64,000 nucleotides of DNA from Rhodothermales bacterium (GTDB lineage: Bacteria > Bacteroidota > Rhodothermia > Rhodothermales > Bin80): positions 1,052,790 to 1,116,789 of the forward strand of contig OZ244794.1 in the NCBI GenBank assembly GCA_965219915.1. Direction: 5' to 3'. The position numbers and the translations under genes are program-made. The notes beneath the pieces were generated by a model. It ran no database searches. It was not told the DNA's origin and was given only the letters and a program-made list of their open reading frames with translations. Shown here piece by piece: positions 42,037-52,609 of this stretch. The number at the start of each line of letters is the position of its first letter. Position 1 is the stretch's first letter.

Positions 42037-43935
42037 GTGTGTCCAGCTAAGGCTGGTGTGTTCAGCGGGAGTCAGTCCCGCCAAAGTAATAATCAGAGCT
42101 TTGTAGCTTGGGTAGTATGGAAGCGGGAGACCAAATTCATGAAGCCTACCGACAGCGTCTCCGCAAGGGAGGCGGCGAGTCCTCGGGCCGTTACGTGAGT
42201 GAACGCACAAGTGGCCTCGAGAGTGTATTCCGAAGGCCGAGCCCCCAACCGAAGGGCGGAGGCAGCATGGGCGGTCGAGTCCTGTTTGACACAACCGTTC
42301 CACTTCGGCGGGGTGGTAGCGACGGCACGAGGACAAGGACACACCGAACAACTGGAGAACCCCGTCTTGCCCCGGCGAGAAATTGCCGGAGGAAGGTACG
42401 TGCTATAACCGGCAGTCCCGGGAAGGGCACGGAAGGCGAGCGGGGGACGGAGCGGCGAGTAGTAGCGATGAAGCGGGGTAATGCCTGGGGAGCGAAGGCG
42501 CCGCACTGTTGGTACGTTCTTCTTCAATACGGGAGGCAGGGATGATATGACAAAAGCATCCATCAGTCTGCAGGACCTGTGAAGGAGGATATACCTCAAA
42601 GCCAAGGCAGCGCCAGAGCATCGTTTCTGGGGCCTGTACGTGCATGTGTGCAAACTGGGGACGCTGCAGGCGGCGTATTGGATGGCCAAGTGCAACGGCG
42701 GTGGCCCCGGCATCGACGGCGAGACGTTCGAGGCCATCAAGGCGGTGGGGGCACAGCAGTTTTTTGGAAAGCCTACAGCACGAACTGGTCACGCGGCGTT
42801 ACCGACCCGCACGATTGCGTAAGAAGCGGATTCCCAAGGGAGGCGGCAAGTACCGCATGCTGGGGATACCGACGATACGGGACCGTGTATTGCAGGGGGC
42901 GCTGAAGCTGATTCTGGAGCCGGTGTTTGAGGCGGACTTTCAGGAGGGGTCGTACGGGTATCGGCCGAAACGCACGGCGCGTGTGGCTGTCAATCGTGCA
43001 GGTACGGCGTTGGTAAAGGGGATGACCCGACTCATTTATGTGGATCTGGCCTCGTATTTCGATACGGTGCGGCGCCACATCCTGCTCGGGAAGGTTGCCG
43101 CGCGCATCAGTGACGCGACATCCTTTGGCTGCTGGAGCGTATCCTGCGGGCGGGCGGCAAGAAGGGTGTGTCGCAGGGGGGTGTCATCTCTCCGCTGTTC
43201 AGCAACCTCTACCTCAACGAGGTGGACCGGATGCTGGAGCGGGCAAAGACGGTCACTCGGGCGCCGGGCTACTTTCATCTGGAGTATGCCCGTTTTGCCG
43301 ACGACCTGATGATTCTTGTGGATGGCCATCCCAAATGGGACTGGCTGGAGCAGGGCGTGTACAAGCGTCTTCTGGAAGAGTTGGCCAAGCTCGACGTTTC
43401 ACTGAACGTGGAGAAGACGAAACGCGTGGATTTCGCCCAAGGGGAGAGTTTCGCGTTTCTGGGATTCCGGATACGTCTGTACGACACGAAGGGAGGCCGG
43501 TGGGGCGTCCCGAAGGTGCCCCGTATGAAGGCGCGCACGAAGCTGTTACGCACGCTGAAGGAGGAGTTCTGGCGTTTTCGTTCTCAGCCGGTGGGACGAG
43601 TGATCGCACGCATCAATCCGATACTGCGGGGGTGGGTAAACTACTTTCGCATCGGCCAATCGAGTCGGTGCTTCGGATACGTGCGCAACTGGGTCGAGCA
43701 TAAGGTGCGGCGCCACATGATGCGAGCCCGGGGGTGCAAGGGCTATGGCTGGAAGCGGTGGAGTGGGCGGATGCTGTATGACCGACTGGGACTGTATGCC
43801 CAGTGGCAAGTGCAGTATTACCAGCCGAAAGCGCGCCCACGCCAACTGCGCATAGGCTTTGAGATGTAGCCAACAGGAAAGCCCGGTGCGGGAAAACTGC
43901 ACGCCGTGGTTTGACGCGGCGGGGCCTGGAAACGT
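42037..43935 (+). mobile_element. Group II intron (inner, nested), domain VI cut by IS110
   Basis: 5' GTGTG at 42037, RT pseudogene, and domain V GAAAGCCCGGTGCGGGAAAACTGCACGCCGTGGTTTG at about 43877-43913. Confidence 0.85.
42547..43869 (+). pseudogene. ltrA: Group II intron RT/maturase, frameshifted
   Basis: MTKASISLQDL*RRIY, GPGIDG, LGIPTIRDR, QGGVISP, RFADD and NPILRGWVNYF across several frames. Confidence 0.9.
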
Positions 43936-43978
43936 AGGTAGGTCTGGTATAGGATAACAGGTTCCATTTCCAGGCGAT

Positions 43979-45070
43979 ATGCGCATTTACAACAAGCTTT
44001 ATCTGGGGCTGGATGCCCACACGCGCAACTGTGTTCTGGCGACCATGAACGCGTCTGGGCGTGTGGTTTCTACGCGAGAGTTTTCGACTTCGGAGACGGC
44101 GCAGATTCGTTACGTCACCGAACTGTCTGCACGATCCAGGCATTTGATGTTGGAGGAGTCTTCATTGGCCGGCTGGATGTTTTCGGTGCTGCGTCCGTAT
44201 GTAACCGAGTTGATCGTTTGTGATCCTCGGCACAATGCGCTCATCAGTTATGGAAACAAGAATGACCGTAGCGATGCCGTTGACCTCTGCCGGCTACTTC
44301 GACTGGGGGAATTCGTTGAGGTATTTCACTCAGATCAAGCCTGCCGAACGGATTTCAAGATTGCAGTCCAACAGTATTTACGTGTTCGGACTGATCATGC
44401 GAGACTGAAATCTCAAATCAAGGCAAAGTACCATCAAGCAGGCCTGATGAATGTGCGTGGCACCGAGGTATTCACCAAGACGCATCGCGGGAGCTACCTG
44501 GATCGGTTGCCGACCAAGGCCCGGCAGAAAATTATTGCTTACTTGTATGATCGTCTGGATGCAACGGGCGAGCTCCGAAAAAAGGCTCGTGCGACCATGG
44601 TTGAACTGGGCAAGCCGTATCCAGAAATTCAAAGGTTCCAGCATGTACCCGGGATCGGCGTTGTAGGCGCACATGTATTCAGTGCGTTTATCCAGACGCC
44701 CCACCGGTTTGCCACGAAGCAGCGATTGTGGAAATACTGCAAACTCGGCATTCGTGAACGTAGCAGCGCGGGCAAACCATTGGCTTACAAGCGCCTGGAT
44801 CGCTCCGGATCGGGGGCATTAAAGGATTTGAGCTATCGGTGCTGGCTAACCTCTCAACAAGTTGCAGCGCCCAATGAGGTGTCCTCATTCTATGATGCTT
44901 CACTGCGCCGTACGGATAACCCAACACACGCTCGACTCAATACACAGCGAAAGGTCCTCGCAGTGCTGTGGACCATCTGGAGGAAAGATGTAGACTACAA
45001 TCCAGCACTTTTTTATTCACCACCTGAATCCGCAACGGTTGCGCGGACTGTGGAACTCAATCGTGTCTAG
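43979..45070 (+). CDS. IS110-family DEDD recombinase (intact)
   Basis: LGLDAH, LEE and KNDRSDA (DEDD), VPGIG, and catalytic-Ser region RSSAGK. Confidence 0.93.
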   Translation: MRIYNKLYLGLDAHTRNCVLATMNASGRVVSTREFSTSETAQIRYVTELSARSRHLMLEESSLAGWMFSVLRPYVTELIVCDPRHNALISYGNKNDRSDAVDLCRLLRLGEFVEVFHSDQACRTDFKIAVQQYLRVRTDHARLKSQIKAKYHQAGLMNVRGTEVFTKTHRGSYLDRLPTKARQKIIAYLYDRLDATGELRKKARATMVELGKPYPEIQRFQHVPGIGVVGAHVFSAFIQTPHRFATKQRLWKYCKLGIRERSSAGKPLAYKRLDRSGSGALKDLSYRCWLTSQQVAAPNEVSSFYDASLRRTDNPTHARLNTQRKVLAVLWTIWRKDVDYNPALFYSPPESATVARTVELNRV

Positions 45071-45433
45071 CAACGGATGCTTGTGGATCTGGGTAGCCGG
45101 GATATGCTCCAGCGCGGTTCTATGCTCCCCCAAGTGGAAGCTCGACTTAGAGAATAGCAACCCGGCCTTTATGCCCCATTAGACAATAGCGCCCACAGGG
45201 GACGCTCACAAACGAGCTTGGCAACTGAAAAGGCTTTTGGTTATTCGTCTTGTTGGCCCACACCAAAGCAGACCGAAGCATCGCACAAACATGGATCACC
45301 GATAACAGACGGCATAATAAACCGATTTGGACCGGTGGCACCCTGCAAAATATCACACATTTTGCAGATTGGGGGAGGTGTGTGTGAAACTTTGTTTATC
45401 AAACGAGCACCGCGTCGGCCTCTTGACTATACG
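45071..45433 (+). ncRNA. Candidate bridge/seek RNA region of IS110
   Basis: About 360 bp of non-coding DNA inside the element, downstream of the recombinase. The call is by position only; guide loops were not identified. Confidence 0.45.
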
Positions 45434-45436
45434 AGG
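45423..45436 (+). promoter_or_regulatory. -35 half of an IS110 circle-junction promoter
   Basis: TTGACT at 45423 joined through the AGG core to TATAGG at 43948 gives an exact 17-bp spacer. Confidence 0.6.
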
Positions 45437-46369
45437 AGATGGGCATCGATGTTGGGGTTGAGGACTATAACGGAGGCCTCGCCCAAATCCGCGCTCAGGT
45501 GGAAATTGGCAATATCCACTGGGATGCAGTGGATCTGAAATTTGCCGATGCGGTGCGGGGATGCGACGAAAGACTTCTGTAACCGATAGATGTCGACATA
45601 TTATCGTCTGGCCCCGATGGAACACCCGCTATTGAGGAGTTTGTGGCCGAAAGACTGACCGAATGTAGTGTGGCCAGTCTCTATTGGTCAAGCGTGTATG
45701 CCTACAGTGCCACGGCCATTCCTGGTCCCAAGCCCACTACGATGGCTGACTTTTTCGACTTGGAGACCTTCTCTGGTCGCCGGGGAATGAGGCGTGCACC
45801 GCAGGTAAATCTTGAATGGGCATTGATCGCAGACGGGGTACCCCTAGATCAGGTGTACGCTACATTGGATACCCCCGAGGGGGTTGAACGTGCCTTTGCA
45901 AAACTCGAAACCATTAAGGACGAGGTAATCTGGTGGGAGGCGGGTGCCCAGCCGCCACAAAAGCTGGCCGACGGGGAAATGATCATGACCACAGCCTACA
46001 ACGGTCGTATTTTCAACGCACAGGTGCTTGAAGATCAGCCGTTCGTGATTGTATGGGACGGACAGATGCTTGATGTGGGGCAGATCGGAATTGTCCGAGG
46101 TACACCACGCCTCAGGGAGGCATTGGAACATGCTGTCTTCGCAACCAGTGCTGAATCATTGTCGCGGATCGGGAGGCGGATCCATTTTCCATGTGCGGAA
46201 GTCCGAGATGCCACTGGTGACCACCCATGTGGTGGCTGGCGTAGACATGGAACCACACATGCCAGCGAGTCTCGCCAATACGCAGCGTGCTCCGCGTTTC
46301 AACTCAGCTTGGTGGGTTGATCACCAGGACGAAATGAACGAACGGTTCAGTGCATGGCTGGTCAACTGA
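45437..46369 (+). pseudogene. Polyamine-type ABC transporter substrate-binding protein, 5'-truncated and frameshifted
   Basis: EDYNGGLAQIRAQVE...WD, DFFDLETFSGRRG, WWEAGAQPPQ and ERFSAWL, with an internal stop and a frameshift. Confidence 0.85.
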
Positions 46370-46816
46370 GATTTTCTTCTTCAAGGGGCGCTGCGACTGC
46401 AAGGACGTAATTGGGCTTCCTGTACGCCGAAACCATCATCCACTTTTTTTCGGCCGATTCTGCAAAATATCCAACTTCAATCAGGATATCGATGGATGGG
46501 TTCTGACTCCAGGCAGGGGGCGTGTGATTGTATTTGTTGCGAGTCGTATGCTAGACTGCCCTGGACATTCAAGCCCTTTCTAGTGCTTCACTGTGAACAG
46601 GTACTGAAATCAATCAACGGGTTTGCGAAGCCATGAATGAGCACGGTTGACCCATCGTTAACCATGTGCTGCACCTCACGTTGAATCATCGATCAACAGC
46701 TACAGCTACCTTGTCCGGAATCCCTTATCGTCATTCCAGCAATTATTTTATGAAGCTCTCTAATGGAATACAGAGGTTCATGTGACCGGATCCAGCCTCC
46801 TCTGCCATACCGCTTT

Positions 46817-49800
46817 TCAATACTGCAGCGATCCCTGCAGATTCAGTCCAACGTCTCCCAGAGTTGCTGCGTGGGCATGCACCAGTCCATAGACTGCCAC
46901 GGTAAACCGGTCTCGGGGGTGCAGCACTCCCCCCAGCCGCAATAGTGCGCCCCCGGGCTGCCAGGTGGCCCCCAGGACCGATCGGGCCGTTCCCTGCCGC
47001 ATTGGAATCCCATAGCCCAGCTCCATCTCCGTCCGGTGAAGGGCGCGCCCCACCTGAACGGCATCCAGCACCGTCTGCTGATGATTCAGGGCCAGTCCCT
47101 GATTTGCCCCCCAGGAGGGACGGACCCGGAGCATCCATGGTTCGGTCCCGCCTCCAACCTGCACCGATCCCGAGATCCCCCACTCCGTAAACCCGTCTTC
47201 CGCGTGCAGGACCAACCCGCGGGAACGCACTTCCCCCTTCAGGTGCCACGCCGGAACCGACACCCGAACTCCGCCTCCCAACTCCATCCCCAGTCCCGTC
47301 TCTGCACTCCCGCCGTCCTGACGTACATTCGCCTCCACATACGGACGAACCCGATCCCCCAGATCCAACAGCGCCTCCATACCCAAACGGGTCTGGTAGA
47401 CCTGAGCCGTCACATCCAGATCCGATACCGCGGCATCCGCATACCAGACATCCCCATGGTAGCTCAGCCGCAACGCCTGCATCGACACCAGAGTCCCCCG
47501 AACCCCCAGTGCACCGAATCCCGAGGTCAGCCGCCCCGACAGGTCCATCCCCTCCGCCCGACCCCGACCATAGCCTCCACTCATCCAGATGCCACCCCCT
47601 GTCGGATGCTGATAGGCCACATACGGATACATCCCCGTCAGCCCGGACGACAGCTTTCCCGTGTCCTCATGCCCCGCAAATGATCCATCGCCCCGGCTGT
47701 GCGCCACAACCAGGCCCGCCATCCAGCGCTCATCCCACCGATAATCCACCCCAAACAATCCCGTAGATACCGACCCACGCAGACGGAGCGCCCCTGTTCC
47801 CCGACCCCGAAACCGCCGGAATGCCCCGCGACCCCACACGCCAAATCTCCCACCAGGCGCCGCCGTGCTCCTCGATACATGACATCCCCCAAGCAACTCA
47901 CCCAGCGACGGCCGCCAGTCCGACGCCGTCTGCCAAAGACGCACCAGATCTGCACGATCCCCTGCCGCACAAACCGATGCATCCGCCCCGGACCGAAACC
48001 GCTCCTGCAACGCCTCCACCACCTGCACCGACGAGGTGCGCACAAACCGCGCCGCATACGCGGCCAGCACATTCCGGGTGACCGAACCCGCCTCGCGAAT
48101 CGTCGCCACCGCCACCGCCTTCGCGATCTTCGCATGCGTCGATTGCTCCAAATGCACCGAAAACGTCTCCTGCCGCCAATCCAGATCATCCCGCAGCAAT
48201 GGTACCGCGATCATGGCGGCAACCGCCCCCGGAGCAAATTCCAACACCCCCGCCACGGCACGATAGTCTTCGCCCGCCTTGGCCGTCCCATTCCTGGTCC
48301 GGTAGGATACCGAGACCGGTTGGGAACTCGGCTCAGACAAATGAACCGTAAATCGAACCATCCCCGCCGACTCCTGAACCACCTCGTCCTCAATGTGAAG
48401 CGTCACCCCGCCATCATCATCCACAATCGTCAACGTACCAACCCCGCGTTCAATGATCGCATTCCGCGGATTGGACAGCGTCAATGTCAGGGTCTCGTCC
48501 TCCTCAGCAATCGCGTCATCCACAATCCCCACCGAAATCACCCCTTTCGTCGCATTCCGACTGAACACCACGAATCCCTGTGACGACACATAGTCCGAAG
48601 GCGCCTCTGCCGTACCATCCGACGTCTTATACTGCACTACTACGGTCTCATCCGAAGGACGACTCAGCTCCACGCGCAGCTGTCCCGTCTTCGCATCCTC
48701 CCGGCGCGTTAGATCAAAAATCGAAACAGACAGCGGCGCAAGATCATTGTCGATGATCGTCGCAGCCACCGAATGCGTCACCCCCGTGTAACCGCCGCCC
48801 GAGGCTGTGAGGGTCAAGGCCACCGGGTCATCCGTATAGTCTTCATCCTCCGCTGCCGTCAGTCCCACCGTCTGCACCGTGCTCCAGTTCGTCGCCGTAA
48901 AGGTCAAGGTCTGTGGAGCCGGCGTCAGGTCCGTGCCCGCATGTCCGGCGACCGTCACGGTTACTGCACCCGCTGGCTGCGCCGAAAGCATCACAGGCAG
49001 ACCCATTGAACTGCCCTCGGGTACCGCTATGGAGGCCGGCGCCGTTATCGATGCTACGTCATTGTCATTGATCGTCACGGCCACTGAATGCGTCACCCCC
49101 GTATAACCGCCGCCCGAACCCATGAGCGTCAGGGTCACCTCGTCATTCACAAAATCATCGTCCTCGGCGGCCGTCAGGTGCATCGTCTGCTCCGTGCTCC
49201 AGTTCGTCGTCGTAAAGATCAATGTCTGTGGGGTCGGAGTCAGATCGGTGGCCGCATGTCCGGCAACCGTCAGCGTCACGTTTGCCGTCGGCTGCGAGGA
49301 AAGCGACACAGGCAGGTCGCGGAAGCCGCCCTCGGGCACCGCCACGGATGCCAGCGCCGCTATCGATGCTACGTCATTGTCGGTGATCGTCACGGCCGCT
49401 GAGTGGGTCACCCCCGCATAACCGCCGCCCGAGGCCGCGAGCGTCAGCGTGACCGGATCATCGCTAAAATCCAGATCCTCAGCCGCTGCCAGCACCACCG
49501 TCTGCGGAGCGTTCCAGTTGGTGGGGGTAAAGATCAGCGCCGGGGGAGTCGGGGTCAGGTCCGTGCCCGCGTGCCCGGCAATCGTCAGCGTTACCTCTGC
49601 CGTTGGCTCCGCCGAAAGCGCCACAGGCAGGTCGCGGGAACCGCCCTCGGGCACCACTATGGACGCGGGCGCCGTCACCGCCGCTACATCATCATCCGTG
49701 ATCGTGAGGGTGATATCTGCGGGACCCGTGACTCCCACCGTGTTGCTGGCTGAGCCCCGAATTATGATCGTTTTGTCCGGCGCATCCACGTCATTGTCCA

Positions 49801-52063
49801 CGGCGGTAATCGTCACATCACCGGTACTCGTCGTTTGCCCTGCCGCAATGGTGAGCGTAGTTCCACTCAGGATATAGTCCGAGGACAATGCCGGAGGCTG
49901 GGGATCGGCGGAGACCGAAATTGTCGTCATCTCGCTGGAGGTCCGGTCCAGGGCGGCCGTCACGGTCGTACTTCCGCCGTTCTCGTGGATGGACGCCGGC
50001 GAGAGCAACAGCGTCACCGCTGGTATCGCCACATCGTCATCCGTGATCGTGAGGGTGATATCCGCGGGACCCGTGACTCCCACCGTGTTGCTGGCTGAGC
50101 CCCGAATTATGATCGTTTTGTCCGGCGCATCCACATCATTGTCCACGGCGGTAATCGTCACATCACCGGTACTCGTCGTTTGCCCTGCCGCAATGGTGAG
50201 CGTAGTTCCACTCAGGATATAGTCCGAGGACAATGCCGGAGGCTGGGGATCGGCGGAGACCGAAATTGTCGTTGTCTCGCTGGAGGGTCGGTCGAGCGTG
50301 GCCGTGACGGTTGTACTCCCGCCGTTCTCACGGATGGACGCCGGCGAGAGCACCAGCGTCACCGCTGGCATCGCATCGTCATCCGTGATCGTGAGGGTTA
50401 TATCCCCGGGACCCGTGACTCCCGCTGTGTTGCTGGCTGAGCCCCGAATTGTGATCGTTTTGTCCGGCGCATCCACGTCATTGTCCACGGCGGTAATCGT
50501 CACATCACCAGAACTCGTCGTTTGCCCTGCTGCAATGGTGAGTGTTGTTCCACTCAGGATATAATCCGAAGACAATGCCGGAGCCTGGGGATCGGCAGAG
50601 ACGGAAATTGTCGTCATCTCGCTGGAGACTCGGTCCAGGGTGGCCGTCACGGTCGTACTCCCGCCGTTCTCGCTGATGGACGCCGGCGATAGGAACAGTG
50701 TCACCGCTGGCATCGCAACGTCGTCATCCGTGATCCTGAGGGTGACATCCGCGGGACCCGTGACTCCCGCTGTGTTGCTGGCTGAGCCCCGAATTGTGAT
50801 CGTTTTGTCCGGCGCATCCACGTCATTGTCCACGGCGGTAATCGTCACATCACCGGTACTCGTCGTTTGCCCTGCCGCAATGGTGAGTGTAGTTCCACTC
50901 AGGATATAGTCCGAAGACAATGCCGGAGACCGGGGATGGGCAGAGACCGAAATTGTCGTCATCTCGCTGGAGGGTTGGTCCAGCCTGGCCGTCACGGTCG
51001 TACTCCCGCCATTCTCGCTGATGGACGCCGGCGAGAGCAACAGTGTTGCTGTAACACCACCGCAGGCGGGGTACATCGGTGTTAAGATAACCGCAGAATT
51101 ATTGACGATCTTTGCGGGGAGACAGGCAATTTGATTGCCAGTTAAGTTCACTTCAAGTTTTTGAGGAGACTTGACATGATCAAACAGATTCTCAGGCAGG
51201 CTGGTCAGGGAGTTGTGTTGTAACATCAGTTCTTCCAGACTGATGAGTCCATCGAATACGTCTTCGGGCAGGCTGGTCAGGGAGTTGCCTGATAACATCA
51301 GTTGTTCCAGACTGATGAGTCCATCGAATACGTCTTCGGGCAGGCTGGTCAGGGAGTTGCTTTGTAACCACAGTCTTTCCAGACTGGTGAGTCCATCAAA
51401 CAAATCTTCATGCAAGCTGGTCAGGTCGTTTTGGTATAACCACAAATCTTTCAGATTGGTGAGTCCATCAAAAAGGTCTTCATCCAGGCTGGTCAGGTTG
51501 TTTTGGTTTAGCCAAAGGTACCCTAGACTGGTGAGGTCTTCAAAGAGGTCCTCATGCAGGCTGGTCAGGGAGTTGTCGTATAACGCCAGGTCGATCAAGC
51601 TGGTGAGTCCATCAAACAAATCCTCAGGCAGCTGGGTCAGTAAGTTGTGGTCCAAATACAGTTGATCCAGATTGGAGAGTCCATCAAACAAATCTTCATG
51701 CAAGCTGCTCAAGGAGTTGCGGTATAATAACAGGGATTCCAGTCTAGTAAGTCCACTGAAATCGCCCTCTTTCAGTTGCAGGATACTTTTATTTTTTGCG
51801 TCAACTATCGTGATGGCCGCTAAATCGGAGGGATTCACGCGCGCACAATCCGTGCCAGCAGGCAATTCTGCAAGAATCGCGGTCTCAATTTGGTCGGTTC
51901 GATCGCAAATATTAACGTCCTGAGCCTGGGAATCAATCGGGAAAAGAAGCAGGGAAAAACTCAACGCGATTAATGTGCGAAGCCTTAAAACAATCCTTAC
52001 CGTGTATCTATTCACAAAAAACCGGGAAGCCTCACTCCCAAGCGACGCACTCCTTAGCTCCAT
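46817..52063 (-). CDS. LRR + Ig-like repeat + Calx-beta autotransporter-like surface protein
   Basis: Signal peptide, ICDRT cap, 24-aa LRRs (NSLTSLPEDLFDGL), TITDDD-ending repeats, two Calx-beta domains (DGTA..DY) and a beta-barrel ending in Tyr. Confidence 0.9.
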   Translation of the reverse strand: MELRSASLGSEASRFFVNRYTVRIVLRLRTLIALSFSLLLFPIDSQAQDVNICDRTDQIETAILAELPAGTDCARVNPSDLAAITIVDAKNKSILQLKEGDFSGLTRLESLLLYRNSLSSLHEDLFDGLSNLDQLYLDHNLLTQLPEDLFDGLTSLIDLALYDNSLTSLHEDLFEDLTSLGYLWLNQNNLTSLDEDLFDGLTNLKDLWLYQNDLTSLHEDLFDGLTSLERLWLQSNSLTSLPEDVFDGLISLEQLMLSGNSLTSLPEDVFDGLISLEELMLQHNSLTSLPENLFDHVKSPQKLEVNLTGNQIACLPAKIVNNSAVILTPMYPACGGVTATLLLSPASISENGGSTTVTARLDQPSSEMTTISVSAHPRSPALSSDYILSGTTLTIAAGQTTSTGDVTITAVDNDVDAPDKTITIRGSASNTAGVTGPADVTLRITDDDVAMPAVTLFLSPASISENGGSTTVTATLDRVSSEMTTISVSADPQAPALSSDYILSGTTLTIAAGQTTSSGDVTITAVDNDVDAPDKTITIRGSASNTAGVTGPGDITLTITDDDAMPAVTLVLSPASIRENGGSTTVTATLDRPSSETTTISVSADPQPPALSSDYILSGTTLTIAAGQTTSTGDVTITAVDNDVDAPDKTIIIRGSASNTVGVTGPADITLTITDDDVAIPAVTLLLSPASIHENGGSTTVTAALDRTSSEMTTISVSADPQPPALSSDYILSGTTLTIAAGQTTSTGDVTITAVDNDVDAPDKTIIIRGSASNTVGVTGPADITLTITDDDVAAVTAPASIVVPEGGSRDLPVALSAEPTAEVTLTIAGHAGTDLTPTPPALIFTPTNWNAPQTVVLAAAEDLDFSDDPVTLTLAASGGGYAGVTHSAAVTITDNDVASIAALASVAVPEGGFRDLPVSLSSQPTANVTLTVAGHAATDLTPTPQTLIFTTTNWSTEQTMHLTAAEDDDFVNDEVTLTLMGSGGGYTGVTHSVAVTINDNDVASITAPASIAVPEGSSMGLPVMLSAQPAGAVTVTVAGHAGTDLTPAPQTLTFTATNWSTVQTVGLTAAEDEDYTDDPVALTLTASGGGYTGVTHSVAATIIDNDLAPLSVSIFDLTRREDAKTGQLRVELSRPSDETVVVQYKTSDGTAEAPSDYVSSQGFVVFSRNATKGVISVGIVDDAIAEEDETLTLTLSNPRNAIIERGVGTLTIVDDDGGVTLHIEDEVVQESAGMVRFTVHLSEPSSQPVSVSYRTRNGTAKAGEDYRAVAGVLEFAPGAVAAMIAVPLLRDDLDWRQETFSVHLEQSTHAKIAKAVAVATIREAGSVTRNVLAAYAARFVRTSSVQVVEALQERFRSGADASVCAAGDRADLVRLWQTASDWRPSLGELLGGCHVSRSTAAPGGRFGVWGRGAFRRFRGRGTGALRLRGSVSTGLFGVDYRWDERWMAGLVVAHSRGDGSFAGHEDTGKLSSGLTGMYPYVAYQHPTGGGIWMSGGYGRGRAEGMDLSGRLTSGFGALGVRGTLVSMQALRLSYHGDVWYADAAVSDLDVTAQVYQTRLGMEALLDLGDRVRPYVEANVRQDGGSAETGLGMELGGGVRVSVPAWHLKGEVRSRGLVLHAEDGFTEWGISGSVQVGGGTEPWMLRVRPSWGANQGLALNHQQTVLDAVQVGRALHRTEMELGYGIPMRQGTARSVLGATWQPGGALLRLGGVLHPRDRFTVAVYGLVHAHAATLGDVGLNLQGSLQY
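48745..51800 (-). repeat. Intragenic repeat tiers: three ~309-bp, four ~342-345-bp and about ten 72-bp LRR units
   Basis: Recurrent APASIxVPEG units, LSPASIxENGG units and LRR DNA units. Confidence 0.85.
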
Positions 52064-52398
52064 TTTTGCAAACTGTTTTCCAGAAAAATCAAGGGGGCGT
52101 ACGAAAAGGCGGCAATTGAAACTCCTCCTGCATATTATTAGAGATAGTTACGTTAGTACTCTATCGTGGTGATCAAGAAGTTAAAGCTGAACTTTCCCCC
52201 GCTTTCCATAAATATCGGAATATTGTGAATTACAATCCAACCCATTTAGGCATGAGTTTGCCTTTTCTTGATAAAAAATCCCTGCTTACAGGCCCATAAT
52301 AGAACACCGTGGTGTTGATTTCCCGCTTTTTTGCTCCAATGGTATAGCATGACAGGTTCCAACTACGGGCGGTATTTGCGATTTTGGTTACATTTGGT

Positions 52399-52609
52399 CA
52401 CAGATGATCATGGGAAAGGGGCCCCAGGGAAGTTATGACGATGGATCAATCTGGTATGCGCATATTAGGCCAACGGCCACGATGCTTGATATTGGATTCG
52501 TCTGAGCTGCCATGATCTATACACTCGGATCCACGATGATAGCTGCCGAAAGTAGGGCACATGGTTTCTCTATCCTCACCCCGGGGACCCTTTCCCATAA
52601 TCATCTGCG
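52399..52609. repeat. ~31-bp imperfect inverted repeat pair with a ~150-bp spacer
   Basis: CACAGATGATCATGGGAAAGGGGCCCCAGGG versus the reverse complement of CCCCGGGGACCCTTTCCCATAATCATCTGCG. Confidence 0.75.

Larger units (their letters stand above)
43936..45436 (+). mobile_element. IS110-family element with a long 3' non-coding end
   Basis: AGG core at both 43936-43938 and 45434-45436. The flanks are intron domain VI and a truncated SBP gene. Confidence 0.75.

Noticed and set aside
47036-48583. Long plus-strand ORFs (215 and 294 aa), likewise 32844-33710 and 61589-62509
   Set aside because: They are antisense shadows of well-supported GC-rich genes and show no motifs.
51170-51800. Regular short repeats resembling a CRISPR array
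   Set aside because: They are 72-bp in-frame LRR coding units with no unique spacers, and no cas genes are present.
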